Part shown: positions 48,485 to 57,705 of the stretch, in pieces
How the letters are laid out: the number at the start of each line of letters is the position of its first letter
Numbering within the stretch: the stretch's first letter is position 1
Assembly (NCBI RefSeq): GCF_035554235.1
Contig: NZ_DATMIO010000177.1
Coordinates: forward strand, 11,632 to 75,631
From: Microbacterium sp.
GTDB lineage: Bacteria; Actinomycetota; Actinomycetes; Actinomycetales; Microbacteriaceae
Reading direction: 5' to 3'
DNA length: 64,000 nucleotides
Made by a program: the position numbers and the translations under genes
Notes under the pieces: model-generated
Told to the model about the DNA's origin: nothing
Databases searched by the model: none
Seen by the model: only the letters and a program-made list of their open reading frames with translations

Positions 48485-49429
48485 TCAGGCCTGGGGCGCG
48501 CTCCACGACAGCGACTCGATGTAGCGCAGCAGCACGCCCTCGCGCAGGGCCCAGGGAGAGACCTCGAGCTCCTCGACATCCATCGCCTTCATCGCCTGGT
48601 GCAGCACGACCGCCCCGGCGACGATCTGGAAGGTGCGGTCGGGGGTGATGCCCGGCAGCTCCTGCCGCGCCTCGGCGGGGATGCGCGCGAGGCGCGGGAT
48701 CCACGCCTTCAGCGACGCGCGGGGAAGCACCATGCGCTCGATCCCTGTCCAGCCGGGCATCGGATAGCCGGCGAGCTTCGCGAGCGAACGGATCGCTTTG
48801 GACGATCCGACGACGTGGTCGGGGCGCGGCTGCGACGAGAAGAGGCTCGCGACGGGCGCGAGAACCTCGGCGGCGTGAGCGCGGAGCGCGTCGATCTCGG
48901 CGTCTCCCGGAGGGTCGTGCGGCAGGTACTCCACCGTCATCCGGCCGGCCCCGAGCGGAACCGACTCGGCCACGTCGGGCAGTTCCTCCGAGCCCGCCGC
49001 GAGCTCGAGCGAGCCGCCGCCGATGTCGAACAGCAGGATCTGACCCGCCGACCATCCGAACCAGCGGCGCACGGCCAGGAACGTGAAGCGCGCCTCGGTC
49101 TCGCCGCCCAGCACCTGCAGGGGCTGGCCGAGGGCGGTCTCGATGCGGGCGATGACATCGGCGCCGTTGGTCGCCTCCCGCACGGCGGATGTCGCGGTCG
49201 CGAGCAGTTCGTCGACACCCTCGTCGGCGGCGACCCGGCGCGCTTGCGCGACGGCGGCCTCGAGCGCGCGGACGCCGTCTTCGGTGATCGAGCCGTCGGG
49301 CGCGAGGTAGCGCATGAGCCGCAGCACCGTGCGCTGGCTCGTCGTCGCGAGCGGGCGTCCACCCGGCAGCACATCCGCGACGAGCAGATGCACGGTGTTC
49401 GAACCGATGTCGAGGACTCCCAGACGCAC
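48485..49429 (-). CDS. Ppx/GppA family phosphatase
   Basis: LGVLDIGSNTVHL, ATSAVREA, DIGGGSLEL, ALREG; TAGTCT-N6-GTG start. Confidence 0.9.
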   Translation of the reverse strand: MRLGVLDIGSNTVHLLVADVLPGGRPLATTSQRTVLRLMRYLAPDGSITEDGVRALEAAVAQARRVAADEGVDELLATATSAVREATNGADVIARIETALGQPLQVLGGETEARFTFLAVRRWFGWSAGQILLFDIGGGSLELAAGSEELPDVAESVPLGAGRMTVEYLPHDPPGDAEIDALRAHAAEVLAPVASLFSSQPRPDHVVGSSKAIRSLAKLAGYPMPGWTGIERMVLPRASLKAWIPRLARIPAEARQELPGITPDRTFQIVAGAVVLHQAMKAMDVEELEVSPWALREGVLLRYIESLSWSAPQA

Positions 49430-49529
49430 CCGATGAGACTATCGCGGGCGGGGTGGCCGCCCCGCCCCGCCCGCATCCACGGGCGACCCTCGCCGTCGCC
49501 CTCACCGGGGCGGCGATACGATGGGGCCG

Positions 49530-50486
49530 ATGTCCGCCGCCGACCCCGTGATCCCCAGCACGTCGACGCTCTCCCCGTATCGCGAGATCGATCGTGCCGA
49601 CTGGGCGCGGCTGGCGCCGGAGGTGCAGCAGCCCCTCGCCGAGACCGAGATCGTGCAGATCCGGGGCCTCGGTGACCGCCTCGACATGCTCGAGGTCGCG
49701 GAGGTGTACCGGCCGCTGAGCCGGCTGCTGAGCCTCTACGCGACGGCGACGAAGCGGCTCGGGGCGGCGACGAGCGAGTTCCTGCACGAGCCCGACACGA
49801 CCACGCCGTTCGTCGTGGGCGTGGCCGGGTCGGTCGCCGTCGGCAAATCGACGATCGCGCGCCTGCTGCGCGAGCTCATGAGCAGGTGGGCCGACACGCC
49901 TCGCGTCGAGCTCGTCACGACCGACGGCTTCCTCTATCCCAACGCGGAGCTCGAGCGCCGCGGCCTCATGGACCGGAAGGGATTTCCGGAGTCGTACGAC
50001 CGCCGCGGGCTGCTCGATTTCCTGACCGAGGTCAAGAGCGGAGCACCCGAGGTGCGGGCACCCTTCTATTCGCACATGCGGTACGACATCGTCCCCGACG
50101 CGCACGTCGTGGTGCGCCGGCCGGATGTCGTGATCGTCGAGGGCCTCAACGTGCTGGCCCCGCCGCCGACGCCGAACGACGTCTCGGTCGGCGATCTGTT
50201 CGACTTCTCGATCTACGTCGACGCCGAGACGGCGCACATCGAGCAGTGGTTCATCGACCGGTTCCTCGCCCTCAAGCGGGGGGCCTTCGCCAACCCGTCG
50301 TCGTTCTTCAACGTCTTCGCCCACCTCGACGACGCCGAGGCCACGCGCACGGCCCTCGGTTACTGGAACGACATCAACCTCCCGAACCTGGTCGAGAACG
50401 TGCTGCCGACCAAGCGGCGTGCCACGCTCATCCTCCAGAAGGGTGCCGACCACTCGGTCGAGCGGGTGCGTCTGCGCAAGCTTTGA
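49530..50486 (+). CDS. coaA: Type I pantothenate kinase
   Basis: [34 protein letters not shown]; TACGAT-N7-ATG suggests start 49530. Confidence 0.96.
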   Translation: MSAADPVIPSTSTLSPYREIDRADWARLAPEVQQPLAETEIVQIRGLGDRLDMLEVAEVYRPLSRLLSLYATATKRLGAATSEFLHEPDTTTPFVVGVAGSVAVGKSTIARLLRELMSRWADTPRVELVTTDGFLYPNAELERRGLMDRKGFPESYDRRGLLDFLTEVKSGAPEVRAPFYSHMRYDIVPDAHVVVRRPDVVIVEGLNVLAPPPTPNDVSVGDLFDFSIYVDAETAHIEQWFIDRFLALKRGAFANPSSFFNVFAHLDDAEATRTALGYWNDINLPNLVENVLPTKRRATLILQKGADHSVERVRLRKL

Positions 50487-50601
50487 CCTGATCCGGATCA
50501 ATGCGAGCGAAGCACGCGTTGATGCGGATCGCGTCAAGGTCGTGTCTCGATACGCGCTGGCGCGCTACTCGACAACCGGCGAGCTTGCGAGCGTCGAGAC
50601 C
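50483..50601. repeat. Imperfect hairpin plus GTAG-type REP-like copy 3 and a partner half-element
   Basis: TTGAC..GATCC..ATCAA/TTGAT..GGATC..GTCAA stem (50483-50537); GTCTCGATACG-CGC-TG-GCG-CGCTACTCGAC (50544-50573); GAGCTTGCGAGCGTCGAGACC (50581-50601). Confidence 0.65.
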
Positions 50602-50652
50602 TAGCCGGTTCGTACAGCCTTCTTGCATACCTCCCGCCTTAAGCTGGGAGGC

Positions 50653-52506
50653 ATGTGTGGAATCGTCGGATACGTTGGCCCCCGCGACAGCCAGGCCATC
50701 CTCCTCGCCGGCCTGGCCCGGCTCGAGTACCGGGGCTACGACTCCGCAGGCGTCGCGGTCATCGACGGCGACGGCGGGCTCGGCATGCGCAAGCGCGCCG
50801 GCAAGCTCAAGGTGCTGCGCGACGACCTCGCCGCCAACCCGCTCGGCGACGGCAAGAGCGGTATCGGGCACACGCGCTGGGCCACGCACGGCGGCCCGAC
50901 CGACACCAACGCGCACCCGCACCTGGCCGACGACGACAAGCTCGCCGTCATCCACAACGGCATCATCGAGAACTTCGCCGAGATCAAGGCAGACCTGCTG
51001 GCCCAGGGCTACGCCTTCCGCAGCGAGACCGACACCGAGGCCGCGGCCGTGCTGCTCGGTCGCGAGTACCGCGCGGCGGGCGGAGACCTCGAGGCGGCGT
51101 TCCGCTCGGTGGTGAGCCGCCTCGACGGCGCCTTCACCCTGCTCGCGATGCACGAGGACCACCCCGGGCTGGTCGTCGGCGCGCGCCGCAACTCCCCGCT
51201 GGTGATCGGTCTCGGCGAGGGCGAGAACTTCCTCGGCTCGGATGTCGCTGCCTTCGTCGAGCACACGCGCAACGCGCTCGCGATCGGACAGGATCAGATC
51301 GTCTCCATCACTCCCGGCGGTGTGCGGGTGACCGACTTCACCGGGGCGGAGGTCGAGGTCGAGCCCTTCGAGGTGCTGTGGGATGCCGCCGCCGCCGACA
51401 AGGGCGGCTGGTCGAGCTTCATGGCCAAGGAGATCAGCGAGGAGCCCGAAGCCGTTCACAACACGATCCTCGGCCGCATTCGCGACGGCCACGTCGTCAT
51501 CCCCGAACTCGACGGACTCGACGAGCTGCTCGTCGGCATCTCCCGCATCGTCATCGTGGCGTGCGGCACGGCGGCCTACGCCGGGTCGGTCGGCAAGTAC
51601 GCGATCGAGCAGTGGGCACGGGTGCCGGTGGATGTCGAGCTCGCGCACGAGTTCCGCTACCGCAATCCCGTCATCGGCCCCGGCACCCTCGTCGTCTCCA
51701 TCAGCCAGTCGGGCGAGACGATGGACACGCTGATGGCCGTCAAGTACGCCCGCGAGCACGGGGCGCGCACGCTGTCGATCTGCAACACGCAGGGGGCGAC
51801 CATCCCGCGCGAGTCCGACGCGATCGTCTACACCCACGCCGGCCCCGAGGTCGCGGTGGCCTCGACCAAGGCTTTCGTCGCGCAGATCACCGCCCTCTAC
51901 CTGTTCGGCCTGCACCTCGGCCGGGTGCGCGGCACGCTCGACGCCGTCGAGGGCGCGCAGCACGTGATCGAGCTCGAGAGCATTCCCGGCAAGATCCGGC
52001 GGATCCTCGAGACCGAGCAGGAGCGCATCGAGCAGTTCGCGCACTGGATGGCCGACACGCGCTCGGTGCTCTTCCTCGGCCGCCACGTGGGCTATCCGAT
52101 CGCGATGGAGGGCGCGCTGAAGCTCAAGGAGCTCGCGTACATCCACGCCGAGGGCTTCGCCGCGGGCGAGCTCAAGCACGGCCCCATCGCGCTCATCGAG
52201 GCCGGTCAGCCCGTGTTCGTGATCGTGCCCTCGCCGCGGGAGTCGGGGGAGCTGCACCGCAAGGTCGTCTCGAACATCGAGGAGATCCGTGCGCGCGGTG
52301 CCCGCGTGATCGCGATCGCCGAAGAGGGCGACGTCTCCGTGCTGCCGCACGCCGACGAGGTGCTGCGCATCCCCCTCGCCGGCCCGCTCTTCGAGCCCCT
52401 GCTCGCGGTGGTTCCCCTGCACATCTTCGCCATGGGCCTCTCCGTCGCGAAGGGCCTCGACGTCGACCAGCCGCGGAACCTCGCGAAGTCGGTCACGGTA
52501 GAGTAG
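50653..52506 (+). CDS. glmS: Glutamine-fructose-6-phosphate transaminase
   Basis: MCGIVG, LEYRGYDSAG, HTRWATHG, HNGIIEN, SQSGET, ELKHGP, PRNLAKSVTVE; GGAGG RBS. Confidence 0.99.
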   Translation: MCGIVGYVGPRDSQAILLAGLARLEYRGYDSAGVAVIDGDGGLGMRKRAGKLKVLRDDLAANPLGDGKSGIGHTRWATHGGPTDTNAHPHLADDDKLAVIHNGIIENFAEIKADLLAQGYAFRSETDTEAAAVLLGREYRAAGGDLEAAFRSVVSRLDGAFTLLAMHEDHPGLVVGARRNSPLVIGLGEGENFLGSDVAAFVEHTRNALAIGQDQIVSITPGGVRVTDFTGAEVEVEPFEVLWDAAAADKGGWSSFMAKEISEEPEAVHNTILGRIRDGHVVIPELDGLDELLVGISRIVIVACGTAAYAGSVGKYAIEQWARVPVDVELAHEFRYRNPVIGPGTLVVSISQSGETMDTLMAVKYAREHGARTLSICNTQGATIPRESDAIVYTHAGPEVAVASTKAFVAQITALYLFGLHLGRVRGTLDAVEGAQHVIELESIPGKIRRILETEQERIEQFAHWMADTRSVLFLGRHVGYPIAMEGALKLKELAYIHAEGFAAGELKHGPIALIEAGQPVFVIVPSPRESGELHRKVVSNIEEIRARGARVIAIAEEGDVSVLPHADEVLRIPLAGPLFEPLLAVVPLHIFAMGLSVAKGLDVDQPRNLAKSVTVE

Positions 52507-52544
52507 CCGCGGTCCGCGCCCGTGCGGCCGGTGAGGAAGAGCGC

Positions 52545-52940
52545 GTGATCGTCGGCATCGGCGTCGACCTCGTCGACATCCCTCGCTTCGAGCGCGCGAT
52601 CGAGCGCACGCCGCGACTGCTCGAGCGGCTCTTCTCCCCGGGCGAGCGGGTTCTGCCCCTCCGGTCCCTCGCCGCGCGGTACGCCGCCAAGGAGGCGCTG
52701 ATCAAGGCGCTCGGGGGTTCGGACGGCGTGCACTGGACCGAGATCGAGATTACCCCCGAGGACTCCGGGCGCCCGTGGTTCACGCTGGGCGGCTCGACCG
52801 CCGCCGTCGTCGCTGCACGGGGAATCACCCAGATCCACCTGTCGATGACGCACGACGGGGGATTCGCCGCCGCCTATGTGGTCGCGGAGTCCGCCGACGG
52901 GGCGGCAACGGCGCAGTCCGCCGACGGGGCGGCATGGTGA
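52545..52940 (+). CDS. acpS: Holo-ACP synthase
   Basis: IVGIGVDLVDI, AARYAAKEALIKA, HLSMTHD; C-term 27-bp duplication AESADGAAT/AQSADGAAW. Confidence 0.93.
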   Translation: MIVGIGVDLVDIPRFERAIERTPRLLERLFSPGERVLPLRSLAARYAAKEALIKALGGSDGVHWTEIEITPEDSGRPWFTLGGSTAAVVAARGITQIHLSMTHDGGFAAAYVVAESADGAATAQSADGAAW

Positions 52941-54061
52941 CGCGTCTTCCGCTCGGGGTCATGCGGGAGGCGCTCATCGACGTCTCCGCCATCACGGCGA
53001 ACACCCGCCACCTCCGGCGGCTCACCGGCTCGGAGGTGATCGCGGTCGTCAAGGCCGACGGCTACGGCCACGGCGCCGTGCGAGCGGCCGTCGCGGCGCT
53101 CGAGGGCGGCGCGGCGCGCCTGGGCGTCGCCGATACGACGGAGGCGCTCGCGCTGCGCACCGCAGGGATCACGAGCCCGATCGTGGCGTGGCTGCATGCC
53201 CCCGGGGCCTCGTTCGCGGAGGCCGCCTCGGTCGGTGTCGAGCTCGGCATCTCGAGCTTCGAGCAGCTGCTCGCCGCGGCGGCCGCGGCATCCATGGATC
53301 GCCCCGTGAGCGTTCACCTCAAACTCGAGACGGGACTCTCGCGCAACGGCGTCTCGGCCGCCGACTGGCCCATGCTCTGCGCGGAGGCGGCGCGGCTGGA
53401 GCGCATCGGCAAGCTGCGGGTCATCGGCCTCTTCAGCCACCTCTCCAACGCGTCGGCGGACGATGACCGTGTCGCCCTGCGCGCGTTCGAGCGCGGCATC
53501 CGCGTCGCCGCGTCGGCGGGGCTCCGCCCGCCGCTGACCCACCTCGCCGCGACGCACGCGGCGATCGACCTGCCCGAGGCCCGCCTCGGCTGCGTTCGCC
53601 TCGGCATCGGACTCTACGGGCTCTCTCCGTTCGCCGATCGCTCGTCCGCCTCCCTGGGCCTCGTCCCCGCCATGACCCTTCGCGGCGCCGTGGCGGCGGT
53701 GCGACGGGTCCCCGCCGGCCAGGGCGTGTCGTACGGCTACGACCACCGCACCGAGCGCGATACGACGCTGGCGCTCGTGCCCCTCGGCTACGCCGACGGG
53801 GTGCCGCGGCAGGCCTCCAGTGCGGGACCCGTGTCGATCGGGGGGGCCCGGTTCACCGTCGCCGGCCGCATCGCGATGGACCAGTTCGTGGTGGATGTCG
53901 GCGACCACCCGGTCGCCGTCGGCGATGAGGTCGTGCTCTTCGGCGACCCGACGCTCGGAACCCCCGCGGCCGATGACTGGGCCGCCGCCGCCGGCACCAT
54001 CAACTACGAGATCGTGACCCGCATCGGCCCTCGTGTGGCGCGGAGGCAGGTGTCGTCGTGA
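52934..54061 (+). CDS. alr: Alanine racemase
   Basis: VVKADGYGHG, HLKLETGLSRNG, RLGIGLYG, VSYG, PLGYADG, GRIAMDQ, TINYEI. Confidence 0.97.
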   Translation: MVTRLPLGVMREALIDVSAITANTRHLRRLTGSEVIAVVKADGYGHGAVRAAVAALEGGAARLGVADTTEALALRTAGITSPIVAWLHAPGASFAEAASVGVELGISSFEQLLAAAAAASMDRPVSVHLKLETGLSRNGVSAADWPMLCAEAARLERIGKLRVIGLFSHLSNASADDDRVALRAFERGIRVAASAGLRPPLTHLAATHAAIDLPEARLGCVRLGIGLYGLSPFADRSSASLGLVPAMTLRGAVAAVRRVPAGQGVSYGYDHRTERDTTLALVPLGYADGVPRQASSAGPVSIGGARFTVAGRIAMDQFVVDVGDHPVAVGDEVVLFGDPTLGTPAADDWAAAAGTINYEIVTRIGPRVARRQVSS

Positions 54062-54561
54062 GCGGGCTCGATGCGCTCACCGGCCGTCATGTGCTGAGCA
54101 CCGCGGATGACACCGAGGCGTTCGGCGAGAAGGTCGGCCGGATGCTGCGTCCCGGCGACCTGATCGTGCTGACGGGCCCGCTCGGGGCGGGGAAGACGAC
54201 CCTGACGCGCGGGATCGCCGCCGGGCTGGGGGTGCGCGGGCCGGTGCAGAGCCCGACGTTCGTGATCGCCCGGACGCACCCGTCGCTCGTCGGCGGGACC
54301 CCCCTTGTGCACGTCGACGCCTACCGCCTGGGATCAGCGCTCGAGCTCGACGACCTCGACATCGATGTGGACGGGTCTGCCGTCGTGGTGGAGTGGGGCC
54401 GCGGCATGGTCGACGGGCTGCGGGAGAGCTGGTGGGAGATCGAGCTCGAGCGCCCGATGGGTGGCCGCGGCGCCGACACGGCCTGTGGGGGACCCTCCCG
54501 CGCGGCGCTCGAGCTGGACATCGAGGCGCCGCGCACCGTGACGCTGTCCCGCCGGCCGTAG
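54058..54561 (+). CDS. tsaE: t6A biosynthesis ATPase
   Basis: GPLGAGKTT, VQSPTF, HVDAYRL, VVEWG. Confidence 0.95.
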   Translation: MSGLDALTGRHVLSTADDTEAFGEKVGRMLRPGDLIVLTGPLGAGKTTLTRGIAAGLGVRGPVQSPTFVIARTHPSLVGGTPLVHVDAYRLGSALELDDLDIDVDGSAVVVEWGRGMVDGLRESWWEIELERPMGGRGADTACGGPSRAALELDIEAPRTVTLSRRP

Positions 54562-54569
54562 GACGGGCC

Positions 54570-54897
54570 GCTCGGTCGGTGGCGGTGCCCCGGGGGTGGG
54601 TGGGTGCTCGGTCGGTGGCGGTGCCCCGGGTGGGTGCTCGGTCGGTGCCCTCCGGCGTGTCGCGGCATTGCCGGTGTTCCCGTTCGACGTACTCAAGTCT
54701 GCGTGTGCCCAAGCGCAGACTTGAGTACCCGATTCGTCGACAGCGAAACCCCGGGAATGGGCGCGGGGTGGGTTGGGAGGGCGGGTTGGGTTGGGAGCCC
54801 GGGGGCGCGGGTTGGGTTGGGAGCCCAGGGTGCGTCAGAGAGTCGGGGGTGCGTCAGAGAGCCCAGCGTGCGTCAGAGAGTCCAGGGTGCGTCAGCG
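54570..54897. repeat. Composite repeat region in tsaE-tsaB spacer
   Basis: 3 x GCTCGGTCGGTG.. (54570-54650); 15-bp perfect stem GTACTCAAGTCTGCG/CGCAGACTTGAGTAC (54689-54728); (GGGTT)n G-tracts (54765-54830); 4 x 19-bp GTGCGTCAGAGAG units (54830-54897). Confidence 0.9.
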
Positions 54898-54940
54898 GTG
54901 CCCGCGACCGGCCGATCTTGCGCGCGACTAACCTGGAAAG

Positions 54941-55648
54941 GTGATCCTGGCCGTCGACACCTCCATCGGCTCGACCGTCGTCGTGGTCGATGCGGACGGC
55001 GTCGTGCACGGCTCCGCCGTCAGCGAGACCCGCCTCGGCCACGCCGAGGCGATCGGCCTGCTCCTCGAGCAGGCGCTCGCCCAGGCGGCCGTGGCGCCGA
55101 GCGACATCACGCATGTCGTCGCCGGCATGGGACCGGGACCGTTCACCGGCCTGCGCATCGGCATCGCCGCGGCGCGCGTGTTCGCGCTCGCTCGCGCCGT
55201 GCCGTTCGTGCCGGTCGTGAGCCACGACGCCGTCGCTCTCGCGGGCGGCGCTGACGCCGCACCCGCTCACGCCGCACCCGCTCGCGCCGCACCCGTTGAC
55301 GCCGCACTCGCGGGCCCCGCACCCGCTGACGCCGCGCGGTCGGGCCGGTTCGCCGTCGTCACCGATGCGCGCCGGCGCGAGATCGCGGTCACTCTCTACG
55401 ACGGTGTCGACGACGACGGGATGCCGCGCAGAATCGAGGGGCCGAAACTCCAGGCGGCCGGCACGATCGGCGGGGTCGCGCTCGACCACGACTCGCTGCG
55501 CGTCGTCGCGTCGATCGATCCGGAGGGCCTGGGCCTTCTCGCCGCCCGCGCGATCGCGTCGGGGCGCGGCGCAGCGACATCCGAACCGCTCTACCTGCGC
55601 GCCCCCGACGTGACCCTCGGGCACACCCCGAAGCGGGTGCGGGCATGA
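54941..55648 (+). CDS. tsaB: t6A biosynthesis protein TsaB with internal 15-bp repeat insertion
   Basis: [35 protein letters not shown]; six 15-bp units at 55253-55342; TAACCT-N6-GTG start. Confidence 0.93.
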   Translation: MILAVDTSIGSTVVVVDADGVVHGSAVSETRLGHAEAIGLLLEQALAQAAVAPSDITHVVAGMGPGPFTGLRIGIAAARVFALARAVPFVPVVSHDAVALAGGADAAPAHAAPARAAPVDAALAGPAPADAARSGRFAVVTDARRREIAVTLYDGVDDDGMPRRIEGPKLQAAGTIGGVALDHDSLRVVASIDPEGLGLLAARAIASGRGAATSEPLYLRAPDVTLGHTPKRVRA

Positions 55649-56139
55649 GCATCCGACCAGCGACCGGGGCAGACCTCGAGCCGATCATGGCGCTCGAGAA
55701 CGCCTCCTTTCCCGCCGACGCGTGGTCGGGTGCCATGATGCGCGAGGAACTCGCCAGCCCGCACGGCCACTACATCGTGCTCGAGAGCGCGGGCCGCGTC
55801 GTCGGCTACGCGGGACTGCGCGCCCCGCGGGGGGCGGCGGATGCCGACATCCAGACGATCGCGATCGCCGAAGCCGCCCGCGGACGCGGGTATGGCCGCG
55901 CACTTCTCGGCGCGCTGCTCGCGGAGGCGGTGTCGCGCGGCGTGCGGGACGTCTTCCTCGAGGTGCGCGCCGACAACCCCGTCGCGCACGCGCTGTACGT
56001 CTCGGAGGGATTCGCCGAGGTCGGCCGTCGCCCCCGGTACTACCAGCCCGACGACGTCGACGCCGTCGTGATGAAGCTCGACGTGCCCGGCTGGGTGGCC
56101 GCCCGCGGCGCCGCGCCCCAGGCGGAGGTGTGCACGTGA
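55645..56139 (+). CDS. rimI: Ribosomal-protein-alanine N-acetyltransferase
   Basis: [27 protein letters not shown]; between tsaB and tsaD. Confidence 0.92.
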   Translation: MSIRPATGADLEPIMALENASFPADAWSGAMMREELASPHGHYIVLESAGRVVGYAGLRAPRGAADADIQTIAIAEAARGRGYGRALLGALLAEAVSRGVRDVFLEVRADNPVAHALYVSEGFAEVGRRPRYYQPDDVDAVVMKLDVPGWVAARGAAPQAEVCT

Positions 56140-57221
56140 ACCGCACCGACCCTCTCGTGCTCGGCATCGAGACGAGCTGCGACGAGACCGGCATCGGCAT
56201 CGTCCGCGGCCGCACGCTGCTGAGCAACACGATCGCCAGCAGTATGGACGAGCACGCGCGGTACGGCGGTGTCGTGCCCGAGGTCGCTGCGCGCGCCCAC
56301 CTCGAAGCGCTGCAGCCCGCGATCGAGGCGGCGCTCGCCGAGGCGGGCGTCACGCTCGATGAGCTCGACGCGATCGCGGTGACGAGCGGGCCCGGGCTCG
56401 CCGGAGCGCTGATGGTCGGCATCGGTGCCGCGAAGGCCCTGGCCGTCGCGCTCGGCAAGCCGCTCTATGCCGTCAACCACCTCGTCGGGCACATCGCCGC
56501 CGACATCGTGTCGCCGTCGGGCCGTCGCGACGGCGTGGCACCGCCCCTCGAGTACCCCACGGTCGCGCTCCTGGTCTCGGGCGGTCACACGTCCCTCCTG
56601 CTCGTGCGCGACCTCACGAGCGACGTCGAGCTGCTGGGCGAGACCGTCGACGACGCCGCCGGCGAGGCCTTCGACAAGGTCGCCCGGCTGCTGGGCCTGC
56701 CATACCCCGGCGGTCCCGAGATCGACCGGGCTGCGGCATCCGGAGACGCCACCGCCATCCGCTTCCCCCGTGGCCTCTCGCGGGCCTCCGACATGGACAA
56801 GCACCGCTACGACTTCTCGTTCTCGGGCGTCAAGACCGCCGTCGCGCGCTGGGTCGAGCAGCAGGACGGGGCAGAGATCCCCGTGGCCGACGTGGCAGCG
56901 AGCTTCCGGGAGTCGGTCGTGGACGTGCTCGTCACGAAGGCCCTCGACGCGTGCGCCCGGTACGACGTGCCGCGCCTGCTGCTCGGGGGCGGGGTCATCG
57001 CGAACAAGCGCCTGCGCGACGTCGCGATCGAGCGGGCGGATGCCGCGGGCGTGACCGTGCGGATCCCACCCCTTTCTCTGTGCACCGACAACGGCGCCAT
57101 GATCGCCGCGCTCGCGGCCGAGCTGATCAGGGCCGGTCGCCCGCCGTCGACGCTCGGCTTCGGCGCAGACTCCACGCTGCCGGTGACCGAGATCCAGATC
57201 GATGAGGCGGTGCCGGTATGA
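56136..57221 (+). CDS. tsaD: t6A biosynthesis protein TsaD
   Basis: [62 protein letters not shown]. Confidence 0.98.
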   Translation: MNRTDPLVLGIETSCDETGIGIVRGRTLLSNTIASSMDEHARYGGVVPEVAARAHLEALQPAIEAALAEAGVTLDELDAIAVTSGPGLAGALMVGIGAAKALAVALGKPLYAVNHLVGHIAADIVSPSGRRDGVAPPLEYPTVALLVSGGHTSLLLVRDLTSDVELLGETVDDAAGEAFDKVARLLGLPYPGGPEIDRAAASGDATAIRFPRGLSRASDMDKHRYDFSFSGVKTAVARWVEQQDGAEIPVADVAASFRESVVDVLVTKALDACARYDVPRLLLGGGVIANKRLRDVAIERADAAGVTVRIPPLSLCTDNGAMIAALAAELIRAGRPPSTLGFGADSTLPVTEIQIDEAVPV

Positions 57222-57682
57222 GCGGGACCGCGCCCGAGGGGCCGCTGCCGCGCCAGGAGCCGCCGACCCCGGATGTCGACCTCGACCACGCGATGCAGCC
57301 CGAGGCGCGCGTGCCGGGTGTGCCCGCGCCGACGTTCTCGCGCCTGCCCACCGGGCCGGTCGACGCGGTCACCGCCTCGCACGCGGAACCCGACCCCACG
57401 GCACCGCTGCCGCAGTGGATGGTGACCCCGCCGATCGCACCGCACCGCGGCCTCGGCGCGTGGGCGCTGGGTTTCGCGGTCGTCGGGCTCGTGGCATCCC
57501 TCTTCGTCGGCTGGGGCTTTCCCGTCTCGCTGGTGGGCGTCGTCGTGGCCGTGGTTGCGCTCCGGCGTCCCCTCGAGAGCCGTACGGTCGCGGCGTGGGC
57601 GCTGGCCCTCGGCATCCTCGGCCTGCTCTACAGCGCCGGATGGCTCGTGTGGGCCGCGAGCCGGATGAACGTCCTCGGCTGA
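57218..57682 (+). CDS. Membrane protein with Pro-rich N-terminus and two C-terminal TM helices (DUF4190-like)
   Basis: Hydrophobic [27 protein letters not shown] and [12 protein letters not shown]. Confidence 0.6.
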   Translation: MSGTAPEGPLPRQEPPTPDVDLDHAMQPEARVPGVPAPTFSRLPTGPVDAVTASHAEPDPTAPLPQWMVTPPIAPHRGLGAWALGFAVVGLVASLFVGWGFPVSLVGVVVAVVALRRPLESRTVAAWALALGILGLLYSAGWLVWAASRMNVLG

Positions 57683-57705
57683 GGGACGCCCCCGGCGCGA
57701 AGCCG

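Noticed and set aside
46113-50537. Very long ORFs in the track (1474 aa here; also 12822-16508, 14885-18085, 23951-26203, 29964-32294, 50655-52940)
   Set aside because: Arg/Pro/Ala-rich shadow frames of GC-rich genes, or upstream extensions of real genes; only the motif-bearing parts were kept
50487-50652. glmS ribozyme upstream of glmS
   Set aside because: No recognisable ribozyme core; the region is explained by a hairpin, a REP-like pair and a nearby TAAGCT/RBS
54691-54726. HspR HAIR operator
   Set aside because: Half-sites are in the wrong order (ACTCAAG...CTTGAGT) with 22-nt spacing instead of CTTGAGT-N7-ACTCAAG; treated as a hairpin
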